Shown: piece by piece, positions 8,897 to 19,448 of the stretch | Layout of the letters: every line of letters starts with the position of its first letter | Position numbering within the stretch: the stretch's first letter is position 1 | Origin: a virus | Taxonomy: Duplodnaviria; Caudoviricetes | Length of the DNA stretch: 52,763 bases | Direction: 5' to 3' (one strand) | Virus record (IMG/VR): IMGVR_UViG_3300025133_000147 | Coordinates: 1-52,763 of that record | Notes under the pieces: generated by a model | What the model was told of the DNA's origin: nothing | Seen by the model: only the letters and a program-made list of their open reading frames with translations | Databases searched by the model: none | Translations under genes and position numbers: made by a program

Positions 8897-11800
8897 ATGC
8901 CTCAAGAATTCTCCAGTGACTCGGAGATCGTGTTTGATTTTTCTGGGGGGGATCCTCCACCCCTGGCGGCTCAACAGGCACCGCCTGATGATGAGATTGT
9001 TTTTGACTTCTCTTCTCCTTCGGTTGAGGCTCCTCCTTTAGGAGTGGTGGGTCCTGAGCCGCCTAGCGATGAGATCGTTTTTGACTTCTCTCCACCTAAA
9101 GACCCTGGCGGCTTCGGAGTATCAGGCCCAGCCATCCCTGGATTGGATGTCACAGCTGGGCACATCACCAGCCTTCCTGACACCCTCCCTATGGAAGCTC
9201 CAGACTCCCTTAAGGCAGAGCCAGGGAAGCACAGCCTAGACTATCTAAACAGTGCCCTACGTCGTGCCGCCATTAAGTACAACAGGACCCGTGACCACGA
9301 TGAGAGGGTTCAGATCTTAGGCAAGTTCATCAGGGACTGGGACCCAGACAAGGCAGAGGCTCTAGGTATATCTAGAGAGGGCTACATCGAGCCCACTGGT
9401 CTGTGGAAAGTCCTCGACGTTGTGGACATTATCTTTGATCGCTGGGCTCGCGTAGCTGGTGAGACTCTCTGGGAGCACAAGGAGACTAACGCTGCGAATG
9501 TCCTAGCTGGCAAGGAGAAGGCTGGCATTGGGAACCTGGGTCATCTCTGGAAGCAGAACTGGGAAGAGGACAAGGGGCAGCTAGGCAAGGGTGGAGAAGC
9601 CATTAAGAACTGGGCTCTCTACATGACTACGCCCTTTGGCATCGACACTCAGGAAGAGGCTGAGGAGATCTTCAACCGCAGCGCTGGGTACGACGCGGCA
9701 GAGCAGGACGTTGCTGACAGCATCACCTCTGGCTGGCACAACATGATGGGGGTCGTGAAGGGGCGCTCTAGGGAAGAGACTGAGTTCATCATTGATGAGG
9801 CTCTAGCTGCTGGTGGGACTGGCGGTCACATGGCTATCGACTTGGTTGGTCTCATGGGAGTGAGTTCCTTGAACTTCGCTGGGCTAGGACCATTCAAGGG
9901 AGCTATGCAGGGAGCGAGACTGGCTCCTCTGGCGAAGAACCTTACTCAGATGGGGCTCAAGATTAACCCTCTAGGTAACGCTAGGTCTGCGCGCCTTGAG
10001 ATGTCTGCCATGCCCCTGGCTAGAAAGTCCATGATTGACGAGCTTGAGGGTGTCGTCGTGGGGGCTGAGAAGGTTGGCCCACCGACAGAGGCTAGGGCTG
10101 CTCTTGATGAGCTTACTAGGTTGTCTAACGACATGGCAGCTGTGGAGACAGAGCTTAGCCAGATTCGTGGCTTGCGAGAGCGCGCACAGGGTGGTCGAGT
10201 TATTGACGAGATCGGGGATGTTGTCGATAAGGCTACTGCTACTGCTGCTGCAGCTGACTTAGACCGTAGAGCCGCTCCTCTAATAGAAAACTACAAGAGA
10301 CTCATGGGCGAGTTTGACGAGGGCTTCAATGCCTTGTCTGAGATTGGCGGGAAGGGTCGTATCCCTGGAGAGGTGCTCTTCGGTGGTATCCAGGCTCGCG
10401 CTATCGGCATCGTTGGAAAGGAGGTAGGGAACGCTGTAACCCTAGCCCTTCAGGGTGGGGTTAAGTCTGGCCCAGTAGGGGCTCAGTCTGTCCCAATGCT
10501 TGCAGACGCTAGAGCGTGGGCTCTGGAGGGTGGGCTGAGTGTCACCGAGGTAGAGAAGAAGTGGGTGGCTGCTCTTAAGGAGGGGGAGAAAAACAAGAAG
10601 GTTGTTGTAAGCCTGGGAGCCTCCGCTGAGGGTGGGCAGATTAAGACTGCTCCTGTCTGGCTGTCTCCTGGGGAGGCGCGTGTCTACGAGCAGGCTAAGG
10701 AGGGGCTCCACGGGTCGAAGGCTGCTGTTGCTGCTTACTACCCAGACAAGAAGATGCTCCAGCGCATGATGGGTAAGGAGAAGTTCGCCAGACTAGCTGA
10801 GCAAGCTGCTGATGAGATCATATCCGTTGCTCATGGTCGTGGCTTTGGAGGCTCAGGGAGAAGGGCTATAGCTGGTGGTGTGCGGGCTCTGAGAGGAAAG
10901 ACTAAGGCTGACACAGTCTTCCAGGCTGACCGCATTGTCACTAACGTCGAGCCTCTGACCTTCGCTATTAACCACGCCTTAATAAAGAAAGCAGCGTGGA
11001 TAGAATCTGTTCGCCTGCCTCTTGCTGGTGTGGCTTCTTTGTCTCGTCGTCCTATGCACTACGCGACTAAGGGTGCTGACGGTAAGTGGGCTCCTATTGC
11101 TAGGAAGGACCTCATCCATCCAGGCATGTTCCACAAGATGACTAATGCGGAGCGTCAGAGGAAGACGGATGCCGCTTACCTTCGGGCTCAGTGGCCTGTG
11201 TGGAAGGCTAGGTTTGAGGAGGCAGCAGGGGATAACCCAGAGCTTCTCAAGCTAGGCAGGCAGGCTTACGAGCTTGGTTGGGCTAGCCGTGAAGTTGCTC
11301 TAGCTACGGGTGAGGACATCATCAAGCTAGCCTCTGTAGAGAAGCTTAACGAGACAATAGACACGCTAGTTAGACTGGGTAAGGACGCAGACCTGGGAGA
11401 GGGTCGCATCCTGACTGTGCTGTCAAAAGACGATGTCCGTCAGGCTGAGGCTGCTATTGCTCACCTCCGTACAAACACGAAGATTGATACGAAGGTCTTT
11501 GAGGACTTGCTTGACGGCTACGTTGATATGACGGCTGGTGCGGCTAAAGACCTAGCTTCTCTTGCTGGTGGGCTAGGTGGGAAGGCAAGGGCTGAGTACC
11601 TAGAGGGTCTTAGGGCTCAGGCTCACTATCTCCTTGCTGCTGCAAAGGTGACTGTTGATGAGCGGATTGGGTTCCAGGCTGAGCTTGCTGTTGGCCGGAT
11701 AGCTGAGGACTTCAAGCCTGAGCTTAAGCACATCAGTGACGAGCTTGGGAAGATTCAGTCTCAGCTAGCCGCTACTACAGCTGACGTAGTTAAGGTTGAT

Positions 11801-14800
11801 GAGTCTGCTGAGCAACTTCGTGCTGCTCTCCTTGCTGTTGGTAAGGGCGGTGATGAGGCTGCAGCTGAGGCTCTTATCAAAGAGTCTGACGAGTTCGTCA
11901 ACGCTTACAAGAAGACTCTTGAAGACTTCAGGAGGTCTGTCGCTGAGGAGTTCGGTGACGAGGCAGCTGAGCTTGCTGATGAGGCTTTGACTGGGGCTAA
12001 GGAGGCTAAGGCTCTGGGTGAGCCTATCGAGGCAGTAGCGACAGTCGAGGGTGTGTCGTACCGCTCTCTGGAGGACAAGGTCAGAGAGGCCCGTGAAGAC
12101 CTTTCTCACATGGGGTACGACGCAGCCAGGATCCGAGAGGAACCGGATGTCCTTATGGGTCTTGAGAATGTTCGACCCCGCGTGGTCAGCATTGATGACA
12201 TCCCGGTTCAGGGCAACCTCTCAGCAGAGAAGTCTCGCAGGGCGGTTGAGTTCATTGAGTCTGGAGAGGAGGCTGTATTCCCACCTCGGGTAAACCTGAA
12301 CGCAGACGGATCGTTTCATAGCGTTAATGACGGTAGACACCGTCTTGAAGCTCTGCGAGCGATGGGTAAGAAGCACATCGTAATTGACGTAGAGCTTATG
12401 GCTAAGGTTGATGCCCCGCCAAAGGTTCGCTCTGCTGAGGCTATCCCAGGCACTGTCAGGGCTGTTGGCGCAGACATCTCCAGGGACGAGCTTGAGGACG
12501 TTTTCTGGGAGCTGTCCGGTATGGACGGGCAGCAGAAGCTAGTTGCTTGGATAGCAGAGAACTCTAATGTCCCTTCATACAGGGCGATAGCTAACAGGAT
12601 CTCCCCTTATGTGTCTGGAGAGTTTAGGGTCCTCAGGCCAGACCATACCTCTTGGAGTTACGCTGTTGATCAGGGCAGATCTGCTCTACGGAGGGGGGCA
12701 GATGGAGTCTTTGTCCATACGCCTGGCGAGCCCGGTGGATTTTTGGGGGTTAAGGGGTGGGGCAACCGTTACGCTGATGGTGGCGATGGGATCGCGTTAG
12801 AGGTGGCTCTCCATGAGCTTGTTCACAGTGCGACTATATTTCAAATCGAGAGGGGTCTTAGCGCGCCCAAGGGCAGCGCCCTGGCTAAGTCTGTTGAATC
12901 TCTTAGCGATTTAGCAGTAGACATCAGAGATGCTCTCGGACGAAGTCGGTCCTTTGACGACCTTCGGCACGTTGCACTCGATGACATTACAGAGCTTGTT
13001 GCTTACGGGCTTACGTCGCCTAAGTTTCAGGAAACGCTTAAGGGGATTAAGGTCGAGGGTGGAAAGACTGCGTTTAATAAGTTTGTTGACCTGCTGGCAG
13101 AGATCCTTGGGCTAAAGGGCAAAGAGGTAAGCGCGCTCTCTGAGCTGATAAGGGTGACAGACGAGATTCTTGATGCGCCGATTCCCGCTGCTAGGAAGTT
13201 CGACGGAGAAATTCTTCCTAAGTTTGAAGAGGCTCTTGATGTAAAGGCAGTTAAGACCACCCCAACAGTCCGCTCCCCCCTCCCTCTCTCTGACTCAGCC
13301 CAAGCCTACGTTGACTCTGTCCGAGTAGCTTGGAACACAGGAGACGAGGTCCCCATCACCTCTCTCTTCGACGCTATGTGGAGCAGGCTAGATAACGAGC
13401 TAGACCCAACGATGCTTGGGAAGAGGGACATGAGTGGGGTGAACCTCCCTGCGGGAGCCAAGGCTATCCTTACTAGGCTGGGGGACCTTAGTAAGAAGCT
13501 AGACGGCACTAACGCCTCGCTCATGAAGGCGCGTGCTGGTGATAGCGCTATCGACCTAGCTGAGGCAGAGGCTAACTACAACAAGGCTAAGACTGCATAC
13601 GACACAGCCAGGAGAAGTTACGAGCCAGTAAGAAGGCCAGACGGTTCCATCGTGTCTAAGGGCAAGGTCTACACCAACCTTCATGGTCTCAAGCTAGACA
13701 ACAAGCTCATCCACAAAGCTGGCTCTCAGGAGCGCCGCATCCTTGAGGCTCTAGAGCTTCACTACAAAAACAGGATGGCTTCTATTACATCTCATGTAGC
13801 TAATGAGGCTGAGGCTATTCGCAAGGCTTCTAAGGAGGCTCTCGCTAACCTCCCAGACAGCCTGATTAAGAAGGGCTTCGTCACTGCTGGAAGAGGGGAT
13901 GAACTCAGGGCTGCTGTAGATAAGTTAAGCGTGACTCTCTTCGGGCGAGACATATCAGTCAAGCTCCCTGCCACTAAGGACATGTCTGCTGACATCCTGC
14001 TTAAGAAGGCGGTAGCTAAGGCTCGTAGGTCTAAGGACCCCAGAGAGCGTGCTGCTGTGCTCATGGCAGAGATTGGGAAGATTGAGCAGAAGCTAGCTAA
14101 GGTTGGCGACGGTCTCCCTGAGAACGATCTAGCTGCGGCTATCAAGGAACTAGACAGGGCTCGCACTAAGAAGAAGGCTATGCCTAAGAAGGATGTCCAG
14201 ATTCATGTGGACAAGTTCCTTGATGAGATCAGAGATGCTGACTTCGACCTCCGTCACCCTGACGATGTCTCCCGTGCCATCGAGAACAGACTCACCTCTC
14301 AGTACAATGTGATTGAGTCTGAGAAGCTGCTGTTCAAGGCTAGGCTTGAGGCTCTTCGTAGCGCAGACATAGCTGACTACATTCCTAACTTGTCACCGGG
14401 TCAGCGTGCTCGCATTACCTCCTTGCTTAAGAATAAGAAGCTGAGGAACGTCCTGCCTGGAAGTGACGGTGGTCCTGCCATCCTCCTGAAGGACACTCAG
14501 AAGCGCCTGACTGCCGCTCAGTCGAGGCTGGCTAAGTATCTGGCTGATGGGGCAGAGGAGGCAGCTAGCAAGCAGAGAACGCTCGTTGCTGGGCTTGAGG
14601 AGCAGGTACGCATCCTTGGTAACGAGGAGGATGTTAAGCGAGTTGTCCATGTAGCTAAGGAGATGAAAGAGTTCTTCGACATGCACCTTGAGCGTCTTGT
14701 TGAGGCTGGTGTTATCGACAAGGCGTTTGACGCTGAGGAGTTCTTTGCCCGTGTTGACGTTGGTGCCTTCTTCCCTCACATCCTTTCTCAAGCTGCAGTT

Positions 14801-17275
14801 AAGAGGGCTGCTGGGTTTGGCGTGGGTGGTGCTGGTCGCATTGGTAGGAGTCTGGTTCAGTACTTCGGCAAGGAGCGGAAGATTGCTGGGATCATCGAGG
14901 ACATCAACGAGGGCAAGAGGGCTCTCCGTGCAGAGCAGCTTCTATTCCATGCAGCTAGGAGAGGTGCTCATGGTGAGGCTGCTGCTCAGGCTGCTGCTAA
15001 GGGCAGTGGTGAGCTTAAGAAGTTCATCAAAGATTCTGGGCAGAGTTATGACGACCTAGTTGACGAGATCAAAGAGGGCGCTCTCTTGGCTGAGTACGAT
15101 GAGTTGTTTGAGTCTGATGTCTTAGTCGCGATGGAGTACTACCACCGCAAGGGCTCAGAGGCTGTGGCTGACGCTAGGTTCATCAAGACCACGCTAGACC
15201 TGTTCCCTAATGGCAGGTTGATTGCTCAGATTGGCGATGTGAAGGCGCGCAATAGGGCGGCTGAAGACCTGGGCTACGTCCCTCTGGGTGAGGTCGAGTA
15301 CCTACAGTCTATCCTTCAGAAGCAGCTTCCTAAGGGGCTGAAGAGGCTGTCCAAGGACTTGAAGATGCGCGTGATAAACGGGGCTGACCTTGATGAGATC
15401 GGGGCTCTTGTCCGTGCTGAGCTAGGTCACGATGTCCCTGCTGATGTCTTGCATGCTCTGACTAGTGACAAGCTCAAGGTCCCCTATGTCCCCATTCAGG
15501 TGAAGGAGTACCTGAACTGGAGGAACTCCTCTGATGCCTTCCTGGCTAAGAAGACTGTGGGTACGGAAGTGTGGGATGGGCTGCAGGCGTGGGCTAAGGC
15601 GCAAGCTACTATCGTTGCTCTCGCTCACATCGGTCGTAACGTCATCGGCAACATCGTGTCTACGGTTCAGGAGATTGGCTTTGGGGCGGTCAACTTCGAC
15701 ACTCAGCTTAAGGCGATGCGTATCTGGGGCTCCTGGGGAGATGACAATCTAAAGGCTGTGATTAACATCGGCCCTCACAGCATGTCTGTTCAGGACTGGC
15801 GCAAGACCTTCTCGTCTCGCGGCTTCTACGACGAGGCTCTTTCCTCTGACTTCCTTGAGGAGGCCACAGGGCTCTCTCGCAAGGCAATCCCTACAGCTAA
15901 GCAGGTTGGTTCTCAGCTTGCTGGCACTACTGCTGGGGCTCTTACTGGCATGGCTCTGGGGTCTGCTTTTGGGGTTGGTGCTCCTGTCTTCTTCTTAGGT
16001 GGTGCTCTCGGCATGATGGCTGGCAAGCGTTGGTCTGGTGTGAAGGCTGTGCGTGGCGGGAAGACTTACAAGAGGATGGTTGGTGACGCAGTAGATGAGA
16101 TCAAGGCCTCTCCGAAAGAGGGGATCGTGCGAACAGGTGAGAAGATCACAGGCGGCGTAGCAGGCGGGGTCATTGGCTCAGCATTCTTTGGGGTAGGTGC
16201 TATCCCAGGAGCCTTCATCGGGGCTACCTCGATGGGAGACTTCGTCAAGATGATGGGTGGTCTGAACCAAGCCGCCGAGTCTCAGGCGAGACTCTCTATG
16301 GCAGTTGGTTTGCTGAAGCGTGGGGACGATATCGACACTGCTCTGATGAAGGTCAACAGGTCTCTTCGTGACTACTCAGACCTGACTCCCCTAGAGAAGA
16401 ACGTCTTCCGTCGCTTCTTCTTCTTCTATACCTGGGAGGCTGGCAACTTGAAGTACCAGCTGAACTGGATGAAGGAGAACCCAGGCACAGCAAGGATGCT
16501 CTCTGCGTTTACCAAGGGCATCTACCAGATGCAGTTTACTGAGGAGGACATCGCTAGACTCCCAGAGCATTACCGCTATCCAGTGGTTGTGCGTAGTGGT
16601 CCGGCTAAGGTCATCGCTCTGTCAGGACTTCCGCACCAGCCCATCCTTGAGTTGTTCAGGAGCAAGGAGGGCATGCCTATCCAGGGTCTCGCTACTCGGA
16701 TGAGCCCTCCTCTCCTTGCCTTCATGGAGATGACGTTTGGTGGGGGCAAGAGCTTCTACTACGGCAAGCCTATTAAAGAGTTGAACAACATCAACCAGCT
16801 TAAGGACTCTCCCCCTCTGCTTAAGATGATCTTCGGGTACCCAGACAAGCCAAACTACTACGTCCCTGTCTACAAGAATGGCGTTAAGACTGGGCGCACT
16901 AGAGAGGTTAGGAAGTCAGAGAATCCTGTGATGTTCTACATGGCTAAGAAGCTTCCAGGCTGGCGATGGATGAACCAGTACATGAACATCTCGTCAGAGA
17001 GTTTTAACAGTTATGCGTTAGAAGCTGCTCTTACTCCAGAAGATGAGGAAGCTGCTAGGGCTACTGCCTTTGAGCGCATGATGATGTTCACTGTGGGTTG
17101 GAGGCAGACTTCGATTGACTGGGACTACCAGGGATACAAGGTGAGCAAGGAGATGGAAGATCGAATGCTCGACATGTTGAACAGCCAGTTCCCGATGGCT
17201 GTGGGTCAGCGCAGGTACCTTCGTAAGAAACTTAGTGCCAGTCCTAACGAAACTGTTAGTGACGTGGAAGAGTAG
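8897..17275 (+). CDS. Giant (2792 aa) DNA-ejection / polyvalent protein with ParB-like and HExxH metallopeptidase-like modules
   Basis: DGRHRLEAL ParB/Srx motif (about 12330); LHELVH at 12809-12826 followed by ELVAYGLTSPKFQETL; two glycine-zipper segments (about 15900-16230); C-terminal DYSDLTPLEK..RRFFFFYTW. Last gene of the ejection block. Confidence 0.7.
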   Translation: MPQEFSSDSEIVFDFSGGDPPPLAAQQAPPDDEIVFDFSSPSVEAPPLGVVGPEPPSDEIVFDFSPPKDPGGFGVSGPAIPGLDVTAGHITSLPDTLPMEAPDSLKAEPGKHSLDYLNSALRRAAIKYNRTRDHDERVQILGKFIRDWDPDKAEALGISREGYIEPTGLWKVLDVVDIIFDRWARVAGETLWEHKETNAANVLAGKEKAGIGNLGHLWKQNWEEDKGQLGKGGEAIKNWALYMTTPFGIDTQEEAEEIFNRSAGYDAAEQDVADSITSGWHNMMGVVKGRSREETEFIIDEALAAGGTGGHMAIDLVGLMGVSSLNFAGLGPFKGAMQGARLAPLAKNLTQMGLKINPLGNARSARLEMSAMPLARKSMIDELEGVVVGAEKVGPPTEARAALDELTRLSNDMAAVETELSQIRGLRERAQGGRVIDEIGDVVDKATATAAAADLDRRAAPLIENYKRLMGEFDEGFNALSEIGGKGRIPGEVLFGGIQARAIGIVGKEVGNAVTLALQGGVKSGPVGAQSVPMLADARAWALEGGLSVTEVEKKWVAALKEGEKNKKVVVSLGASAEGGQIKTAPVWLSPGEARVYEQAKEGLHGSKAAVAAYYPDKKMLQRMMGKEKFARLAEQAADEIISVAHGRGFGGSGRRAIAGGVRALRGKTKADTVFQADRIVTNVEPLTFAINHALIKKAAWIESVRLPLAGVASLSRRPMHYATKGADGKWAPIARKDLIHPGMFHKMTNAERQRKTDAAYLRAQWPVWKARFEEAAGDNPELLKLGRQAYELGWASREVALATGEDIIKLASVEKLNETIDTLVRLGKDADLGEGRILTVLSKDDVRQAEAAIAHLRTNTKIDTKVFEDLLDGYVDMTAGAAKDLASLAGGLGGKARAEYLEGLRAQAHYLLAAAKVTVDERIGFQAELAVGRIAEDFKPELKHISDELGKIQSQLAATTADVVKVDESAEQLRAALLAVGKGGDEAAAEALIKESDEFVNAYKKTLEDFRRSVAEEFGDEAAELADEALTGAKEAKALGEPIEAVATVEGVSYRSLEDKVREAREDLSHMGYDAARIREEPDVLMGLENVRPRVVSIDDIPVQGNLSAEKSRRAVEFIESGEEAVFPPRVNLNADGSFHSVNDGRHRLEALRAMGKKHIVIDVELMAKVDAPPKVRSAEAIPGTVRAVGADISRDELEDVFWELSGMDGQQKLVAWIAENSNVPSYRAIANRISPYVSGEFRVLRPDHTSWSYAVDQGRSALRRGADGVFVHTPGEPGGFLGVKGWGNRYADGGDGIALEVALHELVHSATIFQIERGLSAPKGSALAKSVESLSDLAVDIRDALGRSRSFDDLRHVALDDITELVAYGLTSPKFQETLKGIKVEGGKTAFNKFVDLLAEILGLKGKEVSALSELIRVTDEILDAPIPAARKFDGEILPKFEEALDVKAVKTTPTVRSPLPLSDSAQAYVDSVRVAWNTGDEVPITSLFDAMWSRLDNELDPTMLGKRDMSGVNLPAGAKAILTRLGDLSKKLDGTNASLMKARAGDSAIDLAEAEANYNKAKTAYDTARRSYEPVRRPDGSIVSKGKVYTNLHGLKLDNKLIHKAGSQERRILEALELHYKNRMASITSHVANEAEAIRKASKEALANLPDSLIKKGFVTAGRGDELRAAVDKLSVTLFGRDISVKLPATKDMSADILLKKAVAKARRSKDPRERAAVLMAEIGKIEQKLAKVGDGLPENDLAAAIKELDRARTKKKAMPKKDVQIHVDKFLDEIRDADFDLRHPDDVSRAIENRLTSQYNVIESEKLLFKARLEALRSADIADYIPNLSPGQRARITSLLKNKKLRNVLPGSDGGPAILLKDTQKRLTAAQSRLAKYLADGAEEAASKQRTLVAGLEEQVRILGNEEDVKRVVHVAKEMKEFFDMHLERLVEAGVIDKAFDAEEFFARVDVGAFFPHILSQAAVKRAAGFGVGGAGRIGRSLVQYFGKERKIAGIIEDINEGKRALRAEQLLFHAARRGAHGEAAAQAAAKGSGELKKFIKDSGQSYDDLVDEIKEGALLAEYDELFESDVLVAMEYYHRKGSEAVADARFIKTTLDLFPNGRLIAQIGDVKARNRAAEDLGYVPLGEVEYLQSILQKQLPKGLKRLSKDLKMRVINGADLDEIGALVRAELGHDVPADVLHALTSDKLKVPYVPIQVKEYLNWRNSSDAFLAKKTVGTEVWDGLQAWAKAQATIVALAHIGRNVIGNIVSTVQEIGFGAVNFDTQLKAMRIWGSWGDDNLKAVINIGPHSMSVQDWRKTFSSRGFYDEALSSDFLEEATGLSRKAIPTAKQVGSQLAGTTAGALTGMALGSAFGVGAPVFFLGGALGMMAGKRWSGVKAVRGGKTYKRMVGDAVDEIKASPKEGIVRTGEKITGGVAGGVIGSAFFGVGAIPGAFIGATSMGDFVKMMGGLNQAAESQARLSMAVGLLKRGDDIDTALMKVNRSLRDYSDLTPLEKNVFRRFFFFYTWEAGNLKYQLNWMKENPGTARMLSAFTKGIYQMQFTEEDIARLPEHYRYPVVVRSGPAKVIALSGLPHQPILELFRSKEGMPIQGLATRMSPPLLAFMEMTFGGGKSFYYGKPIKELNNINQLKDSPPLLKMIFGYPDKPNYYVPVYKNGVKTGRTREVRKSENPVMFYMAKKLPGWRWMNQYMNISSESFNSYALEAALTPEDEEAARATAFERMMMFTVGWRQTSIDWDYQGYKVSKEMEDRMLDMLNSQFPMAVGQRRYLRKKLSASPNETVSDVEE

Positions 17276-17356
17276 TTCCGTTACGTTTGAGATATAACCC
17301 CATAGACCCACTGGCTTTCTATCGCTTGATAGCTGGATAAGGGGCAGGAGGAAGCG

Positions 17357-17740
17357 ATGGCATACACAGTTAAGACTGTTTACATACCAGTAGATTCATA
17401 CTCAACTATCGGTGCTCCTATAGCCGCAGGACCGTCTACCCCAGTCGGCCTGTCTATCGGGCCTAAGGCAGTGTCTCGTGGTCTTGTTGTTGGCATTCGG
17501 GCTAGGTTGGCAGACAACACTGGAAGCGTTGGGGACACGATCTCCCTTAAGCTCTACGAAGACGACACTTCCACGGAAGAGCTTTATGACGCCTCCTTCA
17601 CCTTCGCTGCTGTTGGCGAGACTTTAAGCGACACGCTAAACACGCCCATCCCCTTCTTCTACCAGCCCTACTTAGTGGTTGACCCGCTTATTGCTAACAC
17701 TGAGATTCGGGTAACCCTCTACGTTGAAGCGATTGCTTAG
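17357..17740 (+). CDS. Putative small virion protein (beta-sandwich)
   Basis: AGGAGG RBS; beta-strand-rich 127 aa. Confidence 0.5.
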   Translation: MAYTVKTVYIPVDSYSTIGAPIAAGPSTPVGLSIGPKAVSRGLVVGIRARLADNTGSVGDTISLKLYEDDTSTEELYDASFTFAAVGETLSDTLNTPIPFFYQPYLVVDPLIANTEIRVTLYVEAIA

Positions 17741-17742
17741 CT

Positions 17743-18630
17743 ATGGGCTCTGTCACACGGTCACACCCAACTGACGACAGTGGGTCAGGCGGCGGAGGGG
17801 GAAGCTCTGATCCTGCTTGGTACGAGGAGTATTCCTTCGACTTCACGACTCAGGCCTCTGGGGTAATAGCCCACAATGCCCCACTAACCCTCGGGTCACG
17901 GAACGCTGATGGGGCGGCTGTGGTGTGGACTGCTGAAGAGGACGACTCTGGTGACACAGACAATGCCATTGGTGAGCTTGAGTGGGTGAGTGGTTCTGGC
18001 CTCAAGGCCAAGCCAGCGTCTGGTACCGATGTCTGGAACAAACTCGACACCCCCTGCCTCAACGTAGCCCTCTCGGACTGTATCCCAAACCTGACAAACC
18101 GAGATGTCATCTGCGTCCAAGTCTTCACTGAGGAGCCCATTGCTATCGGCTCCGGGACTGAGGGTTACGGGCTTGAGCTATACAAAGCCGCAGCGGACCT
18201 AGACAGCGTCGATAGGTGGCTTGCTTATCGGACCTACTCGTCCGGTGTTGATCGCAAGTATCAGGTGAGTGGTCATCCCACTCAGACCGCCAACGATACG
18301 ATACTCGGGGGCGTAGTTAGCGCGGTCCCGCGAAGCTTTGAGGTTGTCTTTTATCCCAGTGGAGGAATCGGGGTCTGCGCCAATTCGGCGTCAACGGACA
18401 CCACTGCCGTTCCGATGGCGTCGATCACGGACAACCGCGCTGTAGTCCAGGCTGGTACGTCGGCAGTCAATGGTTACGGTGTGTTTGGTGAGCCAGCCTG
18501 GGGCCTTGATGTGTCGGACCTTCGTCTTGCTCTTTCTAGCTTTAGCGTTACCGGAGGCGGCACGTTCTACAACTACTTCTCATCCGTTAGGATCCTTCGT
18601 CTTGGCGGGCATGCCGGAGGGGCACTCTAA
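17743..18630 (+). CDS. Putative receptor-binding/fiber protein, paralog A
   Basis: N-terminus MGSVTRSHP, Gly linker, then WYEEYSFDF; lectin-like beta-rich body. Confidence 0.45.
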   Translation: MGSVTRSHPTDDSGSGGGGGSSDPAWYEEYSFDFTTQASGVIAHNAPLTLGSRNADGAAVVWTAEEDDSGDTDNAIGELEWVSGSGLKAKPASGTDVWNKLDTPCLNVALSDCIPNLTNRDVICVQVFTEEPIAIGSGTEGYGLELYKAAADLDSVDRWLAYRTYSSGVDRKYQVSGHPTQTANDTILGGVVSAVPRSFEVVFYPSGGIGVCANSASTDTTAVPMASITDNRAVVQAGTSAVNGYGVFGEPAWGLDVSDLRLALSSFSVTGGGTFYNYFSSVRILRLGGHAGGAL

Positions 18631-19448
18631 TGGGCGTAACAAGAATTCACCCTAAGGCCACAGGGGGAACTCCCCCGTACTCTGGACCAACCTCCTCGTG
18701 GAATGAGCAGTATTCCGTTGATTTCTCTGCGGAGGACGCTCATAACTTCAACACCGGATCGGTGACAATCGGAGGCGTTACTTGGGGGGTTGATAACGAA
18801 TCGAACAGCAGCATGACCGAGATCACCGCCTCCGCCGGGCTTCAGATCGCTACGGACGGAACCCACAACACCCAGCTATATGCATCTCCGCGCCAGCCGC
18901 CCAGGGTTTGGGCGAGCATCGGGGGAGCCGGGGGGATCTATCCCTCAATCGGGAGCAGTCAATCTTTCGCGGTCCAAGCGATCATCGAGCCCACCAACGA
19001 GCTTGCTGGCGACTATGACGAGTGGGGGATCATTCTCTCGACTGCGAACCTCGACACGTCGTTTGCTGCGTCGATCCGTGAGTATTCCTCTGGGGCCTTT
19101 GGTGGGATCGGTCCTTATCTTTTCCGCCTCCTCGACGGAGCGGGGACGAACGCCGCTGTGGCGGGGACAACAGAGTCAGCGCCACATACATTCTTTGAGG
19201 TTGTCTACCTTACGGGCGGCACCTGTATCGCTTCCTCTTCGGCTGATGCGGACTTCGTCGATCCGCTAACCGCGACCACCTTCCAAGAGTTTATCTCACC
19301 CGAGCAGGCGGCGACCAGCACGGCGGGCTCAGTTACTTTCAACGTGACCGACATGCGCTTTCAAATCTATCTCTGCAACAACAACACCGGGACAAGCTCG
19401 TTCAAGTTGACTTGCACCAAGTTCCGTCTCCTCACTCTGGGATCCTGA
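18630..19448 (+). CDS. Putative receptor-binding/fiber protein, paralog B
   Basis: N-terminus MGVTRIHP...WNEQYSVDF; shares FEVV(F/Y)xxGG and the C-terminal R(I/L)LxLG with paralog A; TAATG overlap. Confidence 0.45.
   Translation: MGVTRIHPKATGGTPPYSGPTSSWNEQYSVDFSAEDAHNFNTGSVTIGGVTWGVDNESNSSMTEITASAGLQIATDGTHNTQLYASPRQPPRVWASIGGAGGIYPSIGSSQSFAVQAIIEPTNELAGDYDEWGIILSTANLDTSFAASIREYSSGAFGGIGPYLFRLLDGAGTNAAVAGTTESAPHTFFEVVYLTGGTCIASSSADADFVDPLTATTFQEFISPEQAATSTAGSVTFNVTDMRFQIYLCNNNTGTSSFKLTCTKFRLLTLGS

Noticed and set aside
5806-17311. Numerous antisense and alternate-frame ORFs inside long genes (also within dnaB, terL, portal and capsid)
   Set aside because: Shadow frames with Ser/Leu-rich biased composition and no RBS or motifs.
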